From NCBI GenBank assembly GCA_031406795.1, contig JANOHV010000027.1, positions 1 to 34,567 of the forward strand: a DNA stretch of 34,567 nt, written 5' to 3'. A program made the translations under genes and the position numbers. This document shows, in pieces, positions 8,529 through 17,464 of this stretch. This DNA is from Candidatus Rokuibacteriota bacterium (GTDB lineage: Bacteria; JAUVQV01; DATDCY01). Below the pieces are notes generated by a model. The model was not told where the DNA came from. It saw only the letters and a list, made by a program, of their open reading frames with translations, and ran no database searches. The first letter of the stretch is position 1; every line of letters starts with the position of its first letter.

Positions 8529-9725
8529 ATGAGCGACAACCGGCTGTCCGCACGAACTGCGGCGGCGCTGGCGGCCATCGCGCCGATCCAGCAGTTCCTG
8601 AGCGAATCCTTGTGGGCGCACCGCCCCGCGGGCGCCGAGATCTGCGACTTTGCGATCGGCAACCCGCACGAGCTGCCGCCGCCGGGCTTCGCCGAGGCCC
8701 TGCAGCGACAGGTGGCCCCGCGCGACCCGAAATGGTACGGCTACAAGATGAACGAGGTGGAATCGCGCGCGGCGGTGGCCGCGTCAATGCTCTCCTGGCG
8801 CGGCGTGAACTTCGCGCCGGAGGACATCTTCCTGACCAACGGCGCCACCACGGGGCTCGCTCTCGCCCTCGGCGTGATCGTCGAGCCGGGCGACGAGGTG
8901 CTCTTCCTCAGCCCGCCCTGGTTCCAGTACGAAGGGATGATCCTGGCCGCCGGCGGCCGCGCGGTCAAGGTCGGCCTCGATCTGAGCAGTTTCGACCTTG
9001 ACCTGCCGGCGATCGCGGCGGCGATCACGCCGAAGACACGGGCGATCATCGTCAACTCCCCGCACAACCCGACGGGGAAGATCTACCCCCCGGCGACGCT
9101 GCGGGCCCTCGCGGAGCTGCTCTTGGCGGCCGCCGCGCGCAACGGACGGCCGCTGTACCTGGTCTCGGACGAGGCCTACAGCCGGATCATCTTCGACGGG
9201 CGCAGTTATCACAGCCCGACGGCCTTCTACCCCGACTCTTTCCTGATCTACACCCTCACGAAGACCCTGCTGACGCCCGGCACGAGGGTCGGCTACATCG
9301 CCCTCTCCCCGGCGATGACCGGCCGGGAGGGGCTGCGCGAGGCCCTGCTTGGCTACCAGATGCTCAACGGCTGGGCCTTCCCCGACGCCCTCACCCAGCA
9401 CGCCCTTCCCGACCTGCTGCGCATCCCCCACGATATCGCCCGCCTCCAGCGCAAGCGCGACCGCCTGACCGGGGCCCTGCGCGATCAGGGGTACGAACTC
9501 CACACCCCCGAGGCGACTTTCTACCTCATCCCGCGCTCCCCGCTGAAGGACGACGCGGCGTTCGTGGAGCTGCTCGCGGGACACGATATCTACTGCGTGC
9601 CCGGTTCGACCATGGACCTGCCCGGCTTCTTCCGCATCTCGCTCACCGCCAGCGAGGCGATGATCGAGCGTTCCTTGCCCGGGTTCGCCGCGGCGCGCGC
9701 GCGCGCGATAGCAACGGGAGGCTGA
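8529..9725 (+). CDS. Class I/II PLP-dependent aminotransferase
   Basis: RBS AAGGAGG; motifs IGNP, NSPHNPTG, SDEAY, TKTLLTPGTRVG (PLP lysine) and RISL. Confidence 0.92.
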   Translation: MSDNRLSARTAAALAAIAPIQQFLSESLWAHRPAGAEICDFAIGNPHELPPPGFAEALQRQVAPRDPKWYGYKMNEVESRAAVAASMLSWRGVNFAPEDIFLTNGATTGLALALGVIVEPGDEVLFLSPPWFQYEGMILAAGGRAVKVGLDLSSFDLDLPAIAAAITPKTRAIIVNSPHNPTGKIYPPATLRALAELLLAAAARNGRPLYLVSDEAYSRIIFDGRSYHSPTAFYPDSFLIYTLTKTLLTPGTRVGYIALSPAMTGREGLREALLGYQMLNGWAFPDALTQHALPDLLRIPHDIARLQRKRDRLTGALRDQGYELHTPEATFYLIPRSPLKDDAAFVELLAGHDIYCVPGSTMDLPGFFRISLTASEAMIERSLPGFAAARARAIATGG

Positions 9726-9729
9726 ACGG

Positions 9730-10014
9730 GTGCCTGGTTCCGACTCCGCGCAGCCCGACGCGAACTGGTGGCGCTTCTCCGTCGAGGAGGGGCCGCGGGG
9801 GGAGAAGATCCAGGACGACGTCACGCACCAGCTCATCGAGCTCGTCTTCAAGCAGGCGATCTTCGATCTCGGCGTCATTGCCGCCACGCTCCAGCGCCTG
9901 CTCGAGCAGCAGGACCCGGCCTTCGGCGGTCTCGTCGCGGCGTTGGGCGCCTACCGGACTGCGCGAGACTGCGCCGCGGCGGCGCAAGTCGATCGGCTAC
10001 AAGGTCAGGTTTGA
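9730..10014 (+). CDS. Hypothetical protein
   Basis: Starts 4 nt after the aminotransferase stop, has coding-like codon bias and fills the gap; no recognisable motif. Confidence 0.45.
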   Translation: MPGSDSAQPDANWWRFSVEEGPRGEKIQDDVTHQLIELVFKQAIFDLGVIAATLQRLLEQQDPAFGGLVAALGAYRTARDCAAAAQVDRLQGQV

Positions 10015-10989
10015 CGCCAGGATCTCGTAGGTAGCCAGCACCGCGAAAAGCGCAAAGCAGAGCAGCGCAGCCACACAGAGCCGTCTTTGCAGCGCCGGGA
10101 CGACGTCCTTCAGGCTTTCGATCCGCCGGGAGGGCATCAGCACGCCGACGCCGGCGCCGGCGATCGCGCCGCCGAGGATCGCGGCGTAGAGCGGATAGCC
10201 GACGTAGCCGTACTCCCGTTGCAGCACGCAGAACGGGCAGTGATGGGTCGGCAGCTCGTAGATGTAGAGCGAGAGAAAGGAGAAGATCGACGCCACGGCG
10301 AGCACCGCCGCGGTCACGGCCGCCGTCGAGAACAGGGCGCCCCCTCTGCCGGTGCGCAGGAAGAAGCCGCCCGACGCGAAGACGAGCGCGAGCGCCGCGT
10401 ACAGCGCCGCCATCATCGGCCCGGCAGGCAACGCGACGATGTCCGACGCGAGATTCGCCGCGTCCCGGCTGAACAGGCTGCCGCAGCAGGAGGTGATGAT
10501 GTCCGGCTTGAGCCCGAGAAAGAAGGCGAAGCTGAGCCCGGCCTCGGCGACGACCAGCGGGGCGATCGCCAGCAGCAGGCGGTACTTCCTCCGGATGAGC
10601 GGGTAGTCGCAGGCCTGGTTGTCGGCGTAATTGACGATCAGCCAGACTCCCGCGAGCAGCGAAGTGGCGACTTTGAGCGCCAGCGCGGGGTAGCCGTAGA
10701 CATTCGCGTCGAGCGTGCCCGCAGCGCACATGCTGCCGGAGAACAGGGTGCACAAGTCGTCGATGGTGCGGACGAACAGGAACAGCGACGCGAGCTGGAA
10801 GACGAAGGCGTGGCTCAGGATGGTCGAGATCAGGTAGGTCCGGCGTTCGAGTTCCAGTTGCAGCTCGCTGCCGCTCGAGAGGTCCCAGCGGCCGAGGATG
10901 CGCACCCCCAGAAACGACGCGGCGAGGACCATGAGGAGCGTCAGGACCGAAGCCGTGAGCAGCGCGATGATCGCGGGGTGCAGGATCAC
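9997..10989 (-). CDS. Cys-motif polytopic membrane protein of nosL/ABC clusters
   Basis: Many TM segments with MCAAG, TSCCGSLF and YELPTHHCPFC motifs; GTGA overlap with the ABC ATPase. Confidence 0.8.
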   Translation of the reverse strand: MILHPAIIALLTASVLTLLMVLAASFLGVRILGRWDLSSGSELQLELERRTYLISTILSHAFVFQLASLFLFVRTIDDLCTLFSGSMCAAGTLDANVYGYPALALKVATSLLAGVWLIVNYADNQACDYPLIRRKYRLLLAIAPLVVAEAGLSFAFFLGLKPDIITSCCGSLFSRDAANLASDIVALPAGPMMAALYAALALVFASGGFFLRTGRGGALFSTAAVTAAVLAVASIFSFLSLYIYELPTHHCPFCVLQREYGYVGYPLYAAILGGAIAGAGVGVLMPSRRIESLKDVVPALQRRLCVAALLCFALFAVLATYEILASNLTL

Positions 10990-11666
10990 GGGTCCCCCGG
11001 CTCGATCTTTCCGTCCCTCACCGAAATGACTCGGTCGACGATCTCCGACTCGTACACCAGCGGGTCGTGGCTGGCGATGATCGTCGTCTTCCCCTCCCGC
11101 TTGAGGCGGCCGACGATCTCCATGAACTCCCGGGAGAGCCGCGAATCCAGGTGCGCGGTCGGCTCGTCGGCGATGACGGTTTCGGGGGTGTTGATGAGCG
11201 CGCGCGCGATCGCGACTCGCTGCATCTCGCCCCCGGAGAGCAGCTCCGCCTTCTCCCGCGCGCGGTCAGCGATGCACAGCAGTTCGAACAGCCCGAGCGC
11301 GCGCGCCTCGAGGGCGGCGCGCCGCTCGCCGAGCGGATACGCCGGGAGCATGACGTTCTCGAGCGCCGTGATCCCCTTGATCAGGTTGAACTGCTGGAAG
11401 ACGAACCCGAATTTCCTGCGCCGCACCTCCGTCAGGAACCGTTCGGGCAGGCTCGTGATGTCGCGGCCGGCGAGCACGACCCGTCCGGACGTGGGCCGGG
11501 CCATGCACCCGACGATCGAGAGCAGCGTGGTTTTTCCGGAGCCGCTCGGACCCTTGAACACCGTCACCTGCCCGGAGGCGATCGAACAGCTCACGCCGGC
11601 GAGTGCCGTGTACTCGTTGTGCCTCCCGGCGTTGAAGACCTTGCGGACCTCCACGATCTCGATCAT
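10986..11666 (-). CDS. ABC transporter ATP-binding protein (LolD/MacB type)
   Basis: Walker A GPSGSGKT, GFVFQQFNL, LSGGEMQRVAIARAL, ADEPT, SHD. Confidence 0.95.
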   Translation of the reverse strand: MIEIVEVRKVFNAGRHNEYTALAGVSCSIASGQVTVFKGPSGSGKTTLLSIVGCMARPTSGRVVLAGRDITSLPERFLTEVRRRKFGFVFQQFNLIKGITALENVMLPAYPLGERRAALEARALGLFELLCIADRAREKAELLSGGEMQRVAIARALINTPETVIADEPTAHLDSRLSREFMEIVGRLKREGKTTIIASHDPLVYESEIVDRVISVRDGKIEPGDP

Positions 11667-11668
11667 CT

Positions 11669-12805
11669 TCAGAACCTCATGACGGCGTCGGGGTCGATCG
11701 TCGCGGCCCGCCAGGACGGGACGATCGTCGCGACCGTGTACGGGACAACGGTGATGAAGAACAGCGCCGCCATCTCGGGCGCGTTCACGGAAGGCGTGAG
11801 CCGGAAATCCGGGTAGAGCACGGACCAGCCCTTGATCACCGGCTCGAACAGCGTCGCCGAGGCGAAGAACACGTGCGCGTAGGCCAGCGCGATGCCGGCC
11901 AGGAACGAGGAGAGCGACACCACGGCCCCCTCCCAGAACTTCATCGTCAGGACGTCGCCGGTCTCCCACCCGACGGCCTTGAGGATCCCGATCTCCCGCC
12001 TCTCCTCGGCGCTCAGGCCGGTTGCCCGGTCCCAGGCAAAGATGATGAACGCGGCCACGGAACCGGCGAGGATCGCGAGGAGGAGGCCGGCGCGCCAGGC
12101 GAAGACGGCATCGTAGGTCCGCAGTATCTCGTCCCTGACGATGGGCCGGGTGTCGGGGAGCAGCGCGGCGATCTTGTGGGCGATCGTGGCGATCTCCTGC
12201 GGATTCCTGACGCTCAGCACGATGTCGGTGACCTCCGCCGCGGGGATGCCGAAGAGCGACCGGAAGTCCGGTTCCGTCATCAGGATCAGGTCCGCCGAGA
12301 CCAGCGCCGACTCCGTGGGAAGGATCTCGCCGATCCGGTACCCGCGGACGGTGCCGTCGTGGGCCTTGAAGGGGAGCAGGTTGTCCACCCGCGTGCGGCT
12401 GTTCCGGGCGACCTCCCCGCCGACGACGATCGTCCCGGGCTCGTAGGGGAAGGCGTCGGGGACCATGAGTGTGTAGTTGGCGCCGCCGAAGGCGTCGTCG
12501 AAGTAGTAGCCCCAGAGCCGTCCCCGGACCGCGCTGACGCCCCGGATCGCCGCGATCCGCTCGACGTACGCCTCGGGCACGAGGCCCTGTCGGCCGGCGA
12601 CGGTGCGCTGGACGATGATCTCGGGGGTGTCCTTCAGGACGAGCGACGCCTCGCGCCGGACCGCCTGGGCGAAGAGCACGGCCGACGCCACCATGAAGAC
12701 GACGAGCGTGAAGACCAGCGTCAGCGCCGCGTTCTTCCCCTTGCGGCGCAGCAGCGACGAGAGGGTGTAATCGAGAATGTTCCGCTGCTTCTCGAGCCTA
12801 CTCAT
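11669..12805 (-). CDS. FtsX/MacB-like ABC permease
   Basis: N-terminal TM, periplasmic domain, ERREIGILKAVGW, C-terminal PSWRAATIDP. Confidence 0.9.
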   Translation of the reverse strand: MSRLEKQRNILDYTLSSLLRRKGKNAALTLVFTLVVFMVASAVLFAQAVRREASLVLKDTPEIIVQRTVAGRQGLVPEAYVERIAAIRGVSAVRGRLWGYYFDDAFGGANYTLMVPDAFPYEPGTIVVGGEVARNSRTRVDNLLPFKAHDGTVRGYRIGEILPTESALVSADLILMTEPDFRSLFGIPAAEVTDIVLSVRNPQEIATIAHKIAALLPDTRPIVRDEILRTYDAVFAWRAGLLLAILAGSVAAFIIFAWDRATGLSAEERREIGILKAVGWETGDVLTMKFWEGAVVSLSSFLAGIALAYAHVFFASATLFEPVIKGWSVLYPDFRLTPSVNAPEMAALFFITVVPYTVATIVPSWRAATIDPDAVMRF

Positions 12806-13094
12806 GACTCGCCCGGCGCGGCGGCGGCCCCGACAGCGACCCCGACGGGAAGTGCTCGAACGAGAGCGGATGGTCCTGGAACGGCGTGTGCAGAACCGTC
12901 ACGGCGGGGTGCCGCGTGTACTGCGCCTCGGTGAACAGGCACAGATCGGTGAGTTCCAGCCGCCGCACGAGATCGGCGTTCCGCTGCAGGCGCGGCAGAT
13001 CGGAGCGCCCGCGCGCCCGCGCGTGCAGCAGTGAGGCCGACGCCAGCGCCGTCATCAGCGCGATGTACGAGAGGAACAGCGTGGATTTCCTCAT
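12798..13094 (-). CDS. Small exported/membrane hypothetical protein
   Basis: N-terminal hydrophobic segment and LTDLCLFTEAQYTRHP...FQDHP...EHFPSGS; overlaps the permease start. Confidence 0.7.
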   Translation of the reverse strand: MRKSTLFLSYIALMTALASASLLHARARGRSDLPRLQRNADLVRRLELTDLCLFTEAQYTRHPAVTVLHTPFQDHPLSFEHFPSGSLSGPPPRRASHE

Positions 13095-13170
13095 GCTTCA
13101 GGCCTTCGTGCGGCGCTCCCGGCGCGTGCCGTCCCCAATCAACACCTCCCCGCGCAGTCCCCGGCGGGCC

Positions 13171-13680
13171 TCATCTCAGGCCGCTGAGGACATCGGGTGT
13201 CACGGCGTCGAAGAGGAGCACCGCAGTCCCGTGGTGGTCGATCTTGAACTCCTGCGCATCCGCGAGCTTCTCGAACGGGATGAGCTCGGCCCCCATCGGC
13301 CCGCGGACGTCGCTGCCCAGCACATAGTAGGCCTTGCGCCCATCGATGGCGGCCACCGCATAATAGTCGTGCACGGTGACCTCGGAGAGGTCGGCGGGCC
13401 GCGCGGACGGGCGGTATTTCGCGGGATCGAGAAGGAACGTGAACATGTCCTTCGCCCCGTCGAACCAGACGGCCGGGCCGTCCTTCACCATGATCCGCGC
13501 CGCCCAGTCTTGATGCCTCGCGACGAACATGCCGCAGACCGGGCACCGGTCGCCAACCGCGGGCCGGATCGCCGACTGCGCCGCGGCGGGCGCGGCGGGT
13601 CCATTCCACCCCGCCAGCACCAGGCACGGGAGGACGAGGGCGGCTCTCAGCCAGGCGCGCAGCCGACACCGGCCAGCCAT
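13171..13680 (-). CDS. nosL: NosL family copper chaperone
   Basis: CPVCGM, FDGAKDM, YVLGSDVRGPMGAELIPF, HHG. ATG overlaps the upstream stop (TGATG). Confidence 0.88.
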   Translation of the reverse strand: MAGRCRLRAWLRAALVLPCLVLAGWNGPAAPAAAQSAIRPAVGDRCPVCGMFVARHQDWAARIMVKDGPAVWFDGAKDMFTFLLDPAKYRPSARPADLSEVTVHDYYAVAAIDGRKAYYVLGSDVRGPMGAELIPFEKLADAQEFKIDHHGTAVLLFDAVTPDVLSGLR

Positions 13681-15362
13681 CAGTAAATGACCCAATCGCT
13701 CTGCCGCACCATTCTGGGCTCCGGCCCCTTTGTGAGCGTAATGATGTAGCAGCCCTTCGAGGCGTAACGCTGGCCGGGCCCGAAGCTCAGGCGGGGGTAG
13801 TTCGCGGAGATGGTGACCTGGTCCGTCGATTCGTCGAAGAGATCGAGGAAGAACCCCCGGTAGAGATCGTCGCCGATGTCCGTCAGGACCCTGGTCAGCA
13901 GCCGGGTCAGGAAGAAGACTTTGGTCGTCTCCGGCGCGTCCGGCCGCGCGATCTTTCTGACCCTCGACCAGTTGGTGACGATGGTCTCGCCGTATGCCCC
14001 CTCCCCGGGCAACAGACTCGGGTAGGTGATGTAGGTGAAGTCACGAACGCCGTCCGGAATGAGGAACGGCCTCCCGCCGAGCATGGTCGAGGAGAACACG
14101 AGCAGGGAGGGACGTCGGGGAAGCTCCCCGAGCGCGGAGAGACCCGCCAGATCGTCCGGACCGAGCCAGCTCAGGAGCACCGAGTCCGGATGGGCGGCGG
14201 CAAGTTGTTCCCAGAACCCCGGGCCGGCGGGACCTCCCCGGGGCAGGACGCTGTCGGTCTGCACCGCATTGCCCAGTTTCTTCCAGGTCTCCGAGAAGCC
14301 CCGAGCCAGCGCGTTGCCCTCGTCGTTGTCCCGGAAAACCTGGACGACCCGCTTCTCCGCGGGGAGTTCGAGGACCCGCGCGAGGAATTTCGCCGCGGCC
14401 TCCCCCTCCTGGTAATACCCTTTCGAGAAGTACAGCGTGGAGAGGTCGCTCTTCGAGACCACCGGGAGGTCCGTGACGGGCAGGATGCACGGGATCCGGT
14501 TCCGCTCGCAGAACTCGTGGATCGGGTCCCACTTACCCTGCACCTTGCCGCCGAGGAGCGCGAACACCGGCTGCTCGCGATACCGCTCTTCGAGCTGGCC
14601 ACCCCAGCTCTCCGGCGGGCCTTTCAGCTCCCAGACCCTGAGCGCGATCTTTCTGAGCGGGGCCCTGCCCCAGGTGAAGAGCAGCGTCGACTGTTGGGCA
14701 TTCCACTCCTCCCGCACGTAGGCCTCGATGGGTTCGAGGAGCGCCGCCCGGTCCCGGGGGTCCACCCCCTCGGATACTACGACGGCGAACGCGATCTCCT
14801 CCTGGCTCACCCCGGGAGAGATCTTCGACGAGAGGTTCTTCAGGTAATGGACCAGGATTGCCACATCGCCGTCTTCGAGGAGGTAGCGCGGCATCGCGGT
14901 ACTCATCTTTCTGCCCTTGGCGTCGATGCCCTCCCGGAGCGCGACGACCAGCGATTCGTCGTTGTAGGCCGGTCTGGTGAATTTCAGGGAGCCGGCCTTC
15001 ATGGCGCCGCCGGGGACATCCTGTCCTCCCCGGAGAGGCGCGTAGAGTTTCGCGCCGTTCGTCGGCGGGGAAAAAACACCCCCTTCGAGCGAGCCGAGCC
15101 CCGAGCGCAGATGGCAGTTGCGGCAGGTGACCATCGTCCCCTTGATTTCGATGTCGCCGTTGACGATCGCCCGCAGCGGCGCGCCGGAGGGAAGCACCCC
15201 ATCCATGTACATGATCTCGCCCAGACGCAAGGCCTCGCTCTGCGGGTGCCCGGCGACGAGTTCCCCACCTTCGGCCGCCAACGCGGGACGCAGCGCCGCG
15301 AGCAGAAAGAGACAACCGGCGAGGGCGGCTGCGAATCGGCTGGTCTTCACGCCCGGCTTCAT
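13680..15362 (-). CDS. Cytochrome c domain fused to a periplasmic binding protein type-1-like domain
   Basis: Signal peptide, CRNCH heme motif, distal MPRY, then a PBP1-like region (PVFALLGG...FCERNRIPCILP). ATGA overlap with the SCO gene. Confidence 0.82.
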   Translation of the reverse strand: MKPGVKTSRFAAALAGCLFLLAALRPALAAEGGELVAGHPQSEALRLGEIMYMDGVLPSGAPLRAIVNGDIEIKGTMVTCRNCHLRSGLGSLEGGVFSPPTNGAKLYAPLRGGQDVPGGAMKAGSLKFTRPAYNDESLVVALREGIDAKGRKMSTAMPRYLLEDGDVAILVHYLKNLSSKISPGVSQEEIAFAVVVSEGVDPRDRAALLEPIEAYVREEWNAQQSTLLFTWGRAPLRKIALRVWELKGPPESWGGQLEERYREQPVFALLGGKVQGKWDPIHEFCERNRIPCILPVTDLPVVSKSDLSTLYFSKGYYQEGEAAAKFLARVLELPAEKRVVQVFRDNDEGNALARGFSETWKKLGNAVQTDSVLPRGGPAGPGFWEQLAAAHPDSVLLSWLGPDDLAGLSALGELPRRPSLLVFSSTMLGGRPFLIPDGVRDFTYITYPSLLPGEGAYGETIVTNWSRVRKIARPDAPETTKVFFLTRLLTRVLTDIGDDLYRGFFLDLFDESTDQVTISANYPRLSFGPGQRYASKGCYIITLTKGPEPRMVRQSDWVIY

Positions 15363-16315
15363 CGCTTCGCCACGTTTCTGAACTCGCGCATCAGGTCGGC
15401 TTGCCCGATGAGACCTTCGACCCGGATCCATTCGTCGGTTCCCGGACTGTGGAACAGCAGTATGGGCTCGTGGGCCATCTTGTCGACGACCACGGAATCG
15501 AAGGCCCTGAGCACCTTGCCGATGTCGTCTTTGCTCCCGGTGAGGAAATCCCATCCCTCGCCGGTTGTGTAACGCGAAAGATACTCCTTCATCTGCTCCG
15601 GCCGGTCGTTTTCAGGATCGATCGAAATGGAGATAAGTTGCACGCTCTCGGCGGCCTTGTCGCCGAGTTCTTCGGTGATACTGGCGAATTCGGACGAGAG
15701 AATCGGGCAGATCGTCGTGCAGGTCGTGTAAATGAAGTCCACGACCACCGGCTTTCCGGCGTCGACCAGGGAGCGCAGCTTGATCCTTCTGCCATCCTGG
15801 TTCAGCAGGGTCACGTCCGGCAGTTTGTAGTACGCAACGGCACGCTTGTACCCCTTCGGTTTCGCCACCTGCCCGGCCGGTGCTCCCGGGCCGCCGACCG
15901 AGAAGGGGAAGACCGCGCGGTCCTCAACGGCCCCGCTCCTGATGGACACCTTCAGCTCCCAGCGCCCCTCAAGCGCGATCTTGATGTTTTCGACGTGGTA
16001 CTTGCCTCCGCCCTGCTCCGTCACCTCCGGCTTGTCCCAGACGCCATGTCCCTGGCTCGGCATCCACGGCGTGACGACCACCTTCGCGCCCCCGACACCC
16101 TTGCCGGCCTTGTCGCGAACCGCCAGGTCGACCGAGTTGACGCCGGGCGCGAGGGCGTCGCCCCTGAGTGAGAGATCGATCGTGAACGCGCCGGTGGCCG
16201 TCGTCATGGAGAGACGGCCTGCCGTCGCCGGTGAGGGGGAGGACTTCCCCGGCTCCGCACCGTAAGCGGCGGGGCACAGAAGAAGCAGAAGGGTGAGCAG
16301 GATGGCGATTCGCAT
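15359..16315 (-). CDS. FixH/YtkA-like domain plus SCO (SenC) copper chaperone fusion
   Basis: Signal peptide; PWMPSQGHG...GRWEL in the YtkA/FixH-like domain; FIYTTCTTICP (CxxxC), SIDPEND, WDFLTG and a distal His. Confidence 0.88.
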   Translation of the reverse strand: MRIAILLTLLLLLCPAAYGAEPGKSSPSPATAGRLSMTTATGAFTIDLSLRGDALAPGVNSVDLAVRDKAGKGVGGAKVVVTPWMPSQGHGVWDKPEVTEQGGGKYHVENIKIALEGRWELKVSIRSGAVEDRAVFPFSVGGPGAPAGQVAKPKGYKRAVAYYKLPDVTLLNQDGRRIKLRSLVDAGKPVVVDFIYTTCTTICPILSSEFASITEELGDKAAESVQLISISIDPENDRPEQMKEYLSRYTTGEGWDFLTGSKDDIGKVLRAFDSVVVDKMAHEPILLFHSPGTDEWIRVEGLIGQADLMREFRNVAKR

Positions 16316-16468
16316 GACCAGCACCTCTCGTGTGTGTATTGACGAACCCGACCGCAAGCATACTACCTGGTGCCCGGCTTCACAACCATGCTTCGCGCCC
16401 GCGCAACCTGCGAGGAATTCAATCTCTGGGAATGACGAACACACGCTCCGCTGAAGAGCAGGAGCGGG

Positions 16469-16505
16469 GAAAAGAAACGCCCCCGCCGGTGGATCCCGGC
16501 GGGGG
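16469..16505 (-). terminator. Intrinsic terminator after lipoprotein paralog A
   Basis: 10-bp stem CCCCCGCCGG/CCGGCGGGGG with a 6-nt loop, followed on - by CGTTTCTTTT. Confidence 0.8.
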
Positions 16506-16570
16506 ACGGTTCACGCCCAGCTCTCCGGTGAGAGCTATCGACTTCGACTCTGCGTTGTCGTCACTGATGC

Positions 16571-17215
16571 TCAGCTGCCGGTGCCCGTGCCGCTGCCCGT
16601 ACCGGTGCCACTGCCGGTGCCGCTGCCCGTGCCGGAACCGCTGCCGGTGCCGCTGCCCGTGCCGCTGCCCGTGCCGCTGCCGGTGCCGCTGCCGGTGCCG
16701 CTGCCCGTGCCGGTGCCGCTGCCGGTGCCGCTGCCGGTGCCCGTGCCGCTGCCGGTGCCTTCATCGAGTTCGACATTGCCGTCGTCATCCACATCGTCGG
16801 CTCTATCGATCACGCCGTCATGGTCCCTGTCCTGCCGGGAGTCCAGCGTACCGTCACCTCTCAGCTCGATCTCGACTTCAACTTCGAGCTTGTCCTCGAG
16901 CCTGACTTCCAACTTTGCCCTGTCGTGGCCGACAAACGAGATCTCATGCAAGCCAGCCGACAGATGCAACTCGAACCTGCCGTCGGCATTGGTGAGTTCC
17001 CCGGTGCGCACCTTGTCGACTTCGACTTCGACGCCGGCAACCGGAACAGCCACCCGCATGGACTGAGCGACGGCCCTCGAACCGGAATCTCTCATCAGCC
17101 TTCCACGGAAGTTGACGTCCGACGAATCATCCTTCCCGCACCCGTTGATGAGAAACAACACCGGCGCGAGCAAGACCAGACCGGCTAGAACTACAATCTG
17201 AGCTTTCCGCTTCAT
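16571..17215 (-). CDS. Lipoprotein paralog A: beta-rich domain, DxDxDG motifs, (GTGS)n tail
   Basis: RBS AAGGAGG; signal ending INGC; carboxypeptidase-regulatory-like segment PVAGVEV...TNADGRFEL; DRDHDGVID and DVDDDGNVE; Gly-Thr/Ser tail. Confidence 0.85.
   Translation of the reverse strand: MKRKAQIVVLAGLVLLAPVLFLINGCGKDDSSDVNFRGRLMRDSGSRAVAQSMRVAVPVAGVEVEVDKVRTGELTNADGRFELHLSAGLHEISFVGHDRAKLEVRLEDKLEVEVEIELRGDGTLDSRQDRDHDGVIDRADDVDDDGNVELDEGTGSGTGTGSGTGSGTGTGSGTGSGTGSGTGSGTGSGTGSGSGTGSGTGSGTGTGSGTGTGS
16574..16760 (-). repeat. Coding 6/12-bp tandem repeat encoding Gly-Thr/Gly-Ser
   Basis: GCCGCT/GCCGGT/GCCCGT hexamers repeated about 30 times on +. Confidence 0.95.
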
Positions 17216-17410
17216 TTCTCTGCCTCCTTTTCCAAAACAACCTTCGTTTCCCGCCTCCAACAGCTGAGGCATCCGCGCAGAACGCTGCGCTCCAGCACCC
17301 CGACGAAACTACCGCCCCACCGCAGCGGGCTCCTGTTCGCCTATTCGAAACCAATACCAACAGACTGCATCACCCCCTTCGTGAAGAAGGTAATGCTACC
17401 CAGCATCCTC

Positions 17411-17439
17411 AGTATAATAGCGGTACGCGGATTTGTCAC
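17411..17439 (-). promoter_or_regulatory. Putative sigma70 promoter for paralog A
   Basis: GTGACA-17 nt-TATACT on -, implying a leader of about 190 nt. Confidence 0.55.
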
Positions 17440-17464
17440 CCCGAGAGCACTCCTTCTTCGTTCA

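Noticed and set aside
16574-16760. Tandem repeats (also 19797-20020 and 5348-5450) as a CRISPR array
   Set aside because: 6/12-bp coding repeats without unique spacers; no cas genes.
16330-16905. ORF with (CRCPC)n, suggestive of a metallothionein or RiPP precursor
   Set aside because: Antisense shadow of the GTGS repeat. The minus-strand lipoprotein has an RBS, signal peptide, paralog and terminator.
17341-17360. Sigma54 promoter upstream of paralog A
   Set aside because: TGGTATTGGTTTCGAA lacks the -12 GC, and a better sigma70 match exists at 17411-17439.
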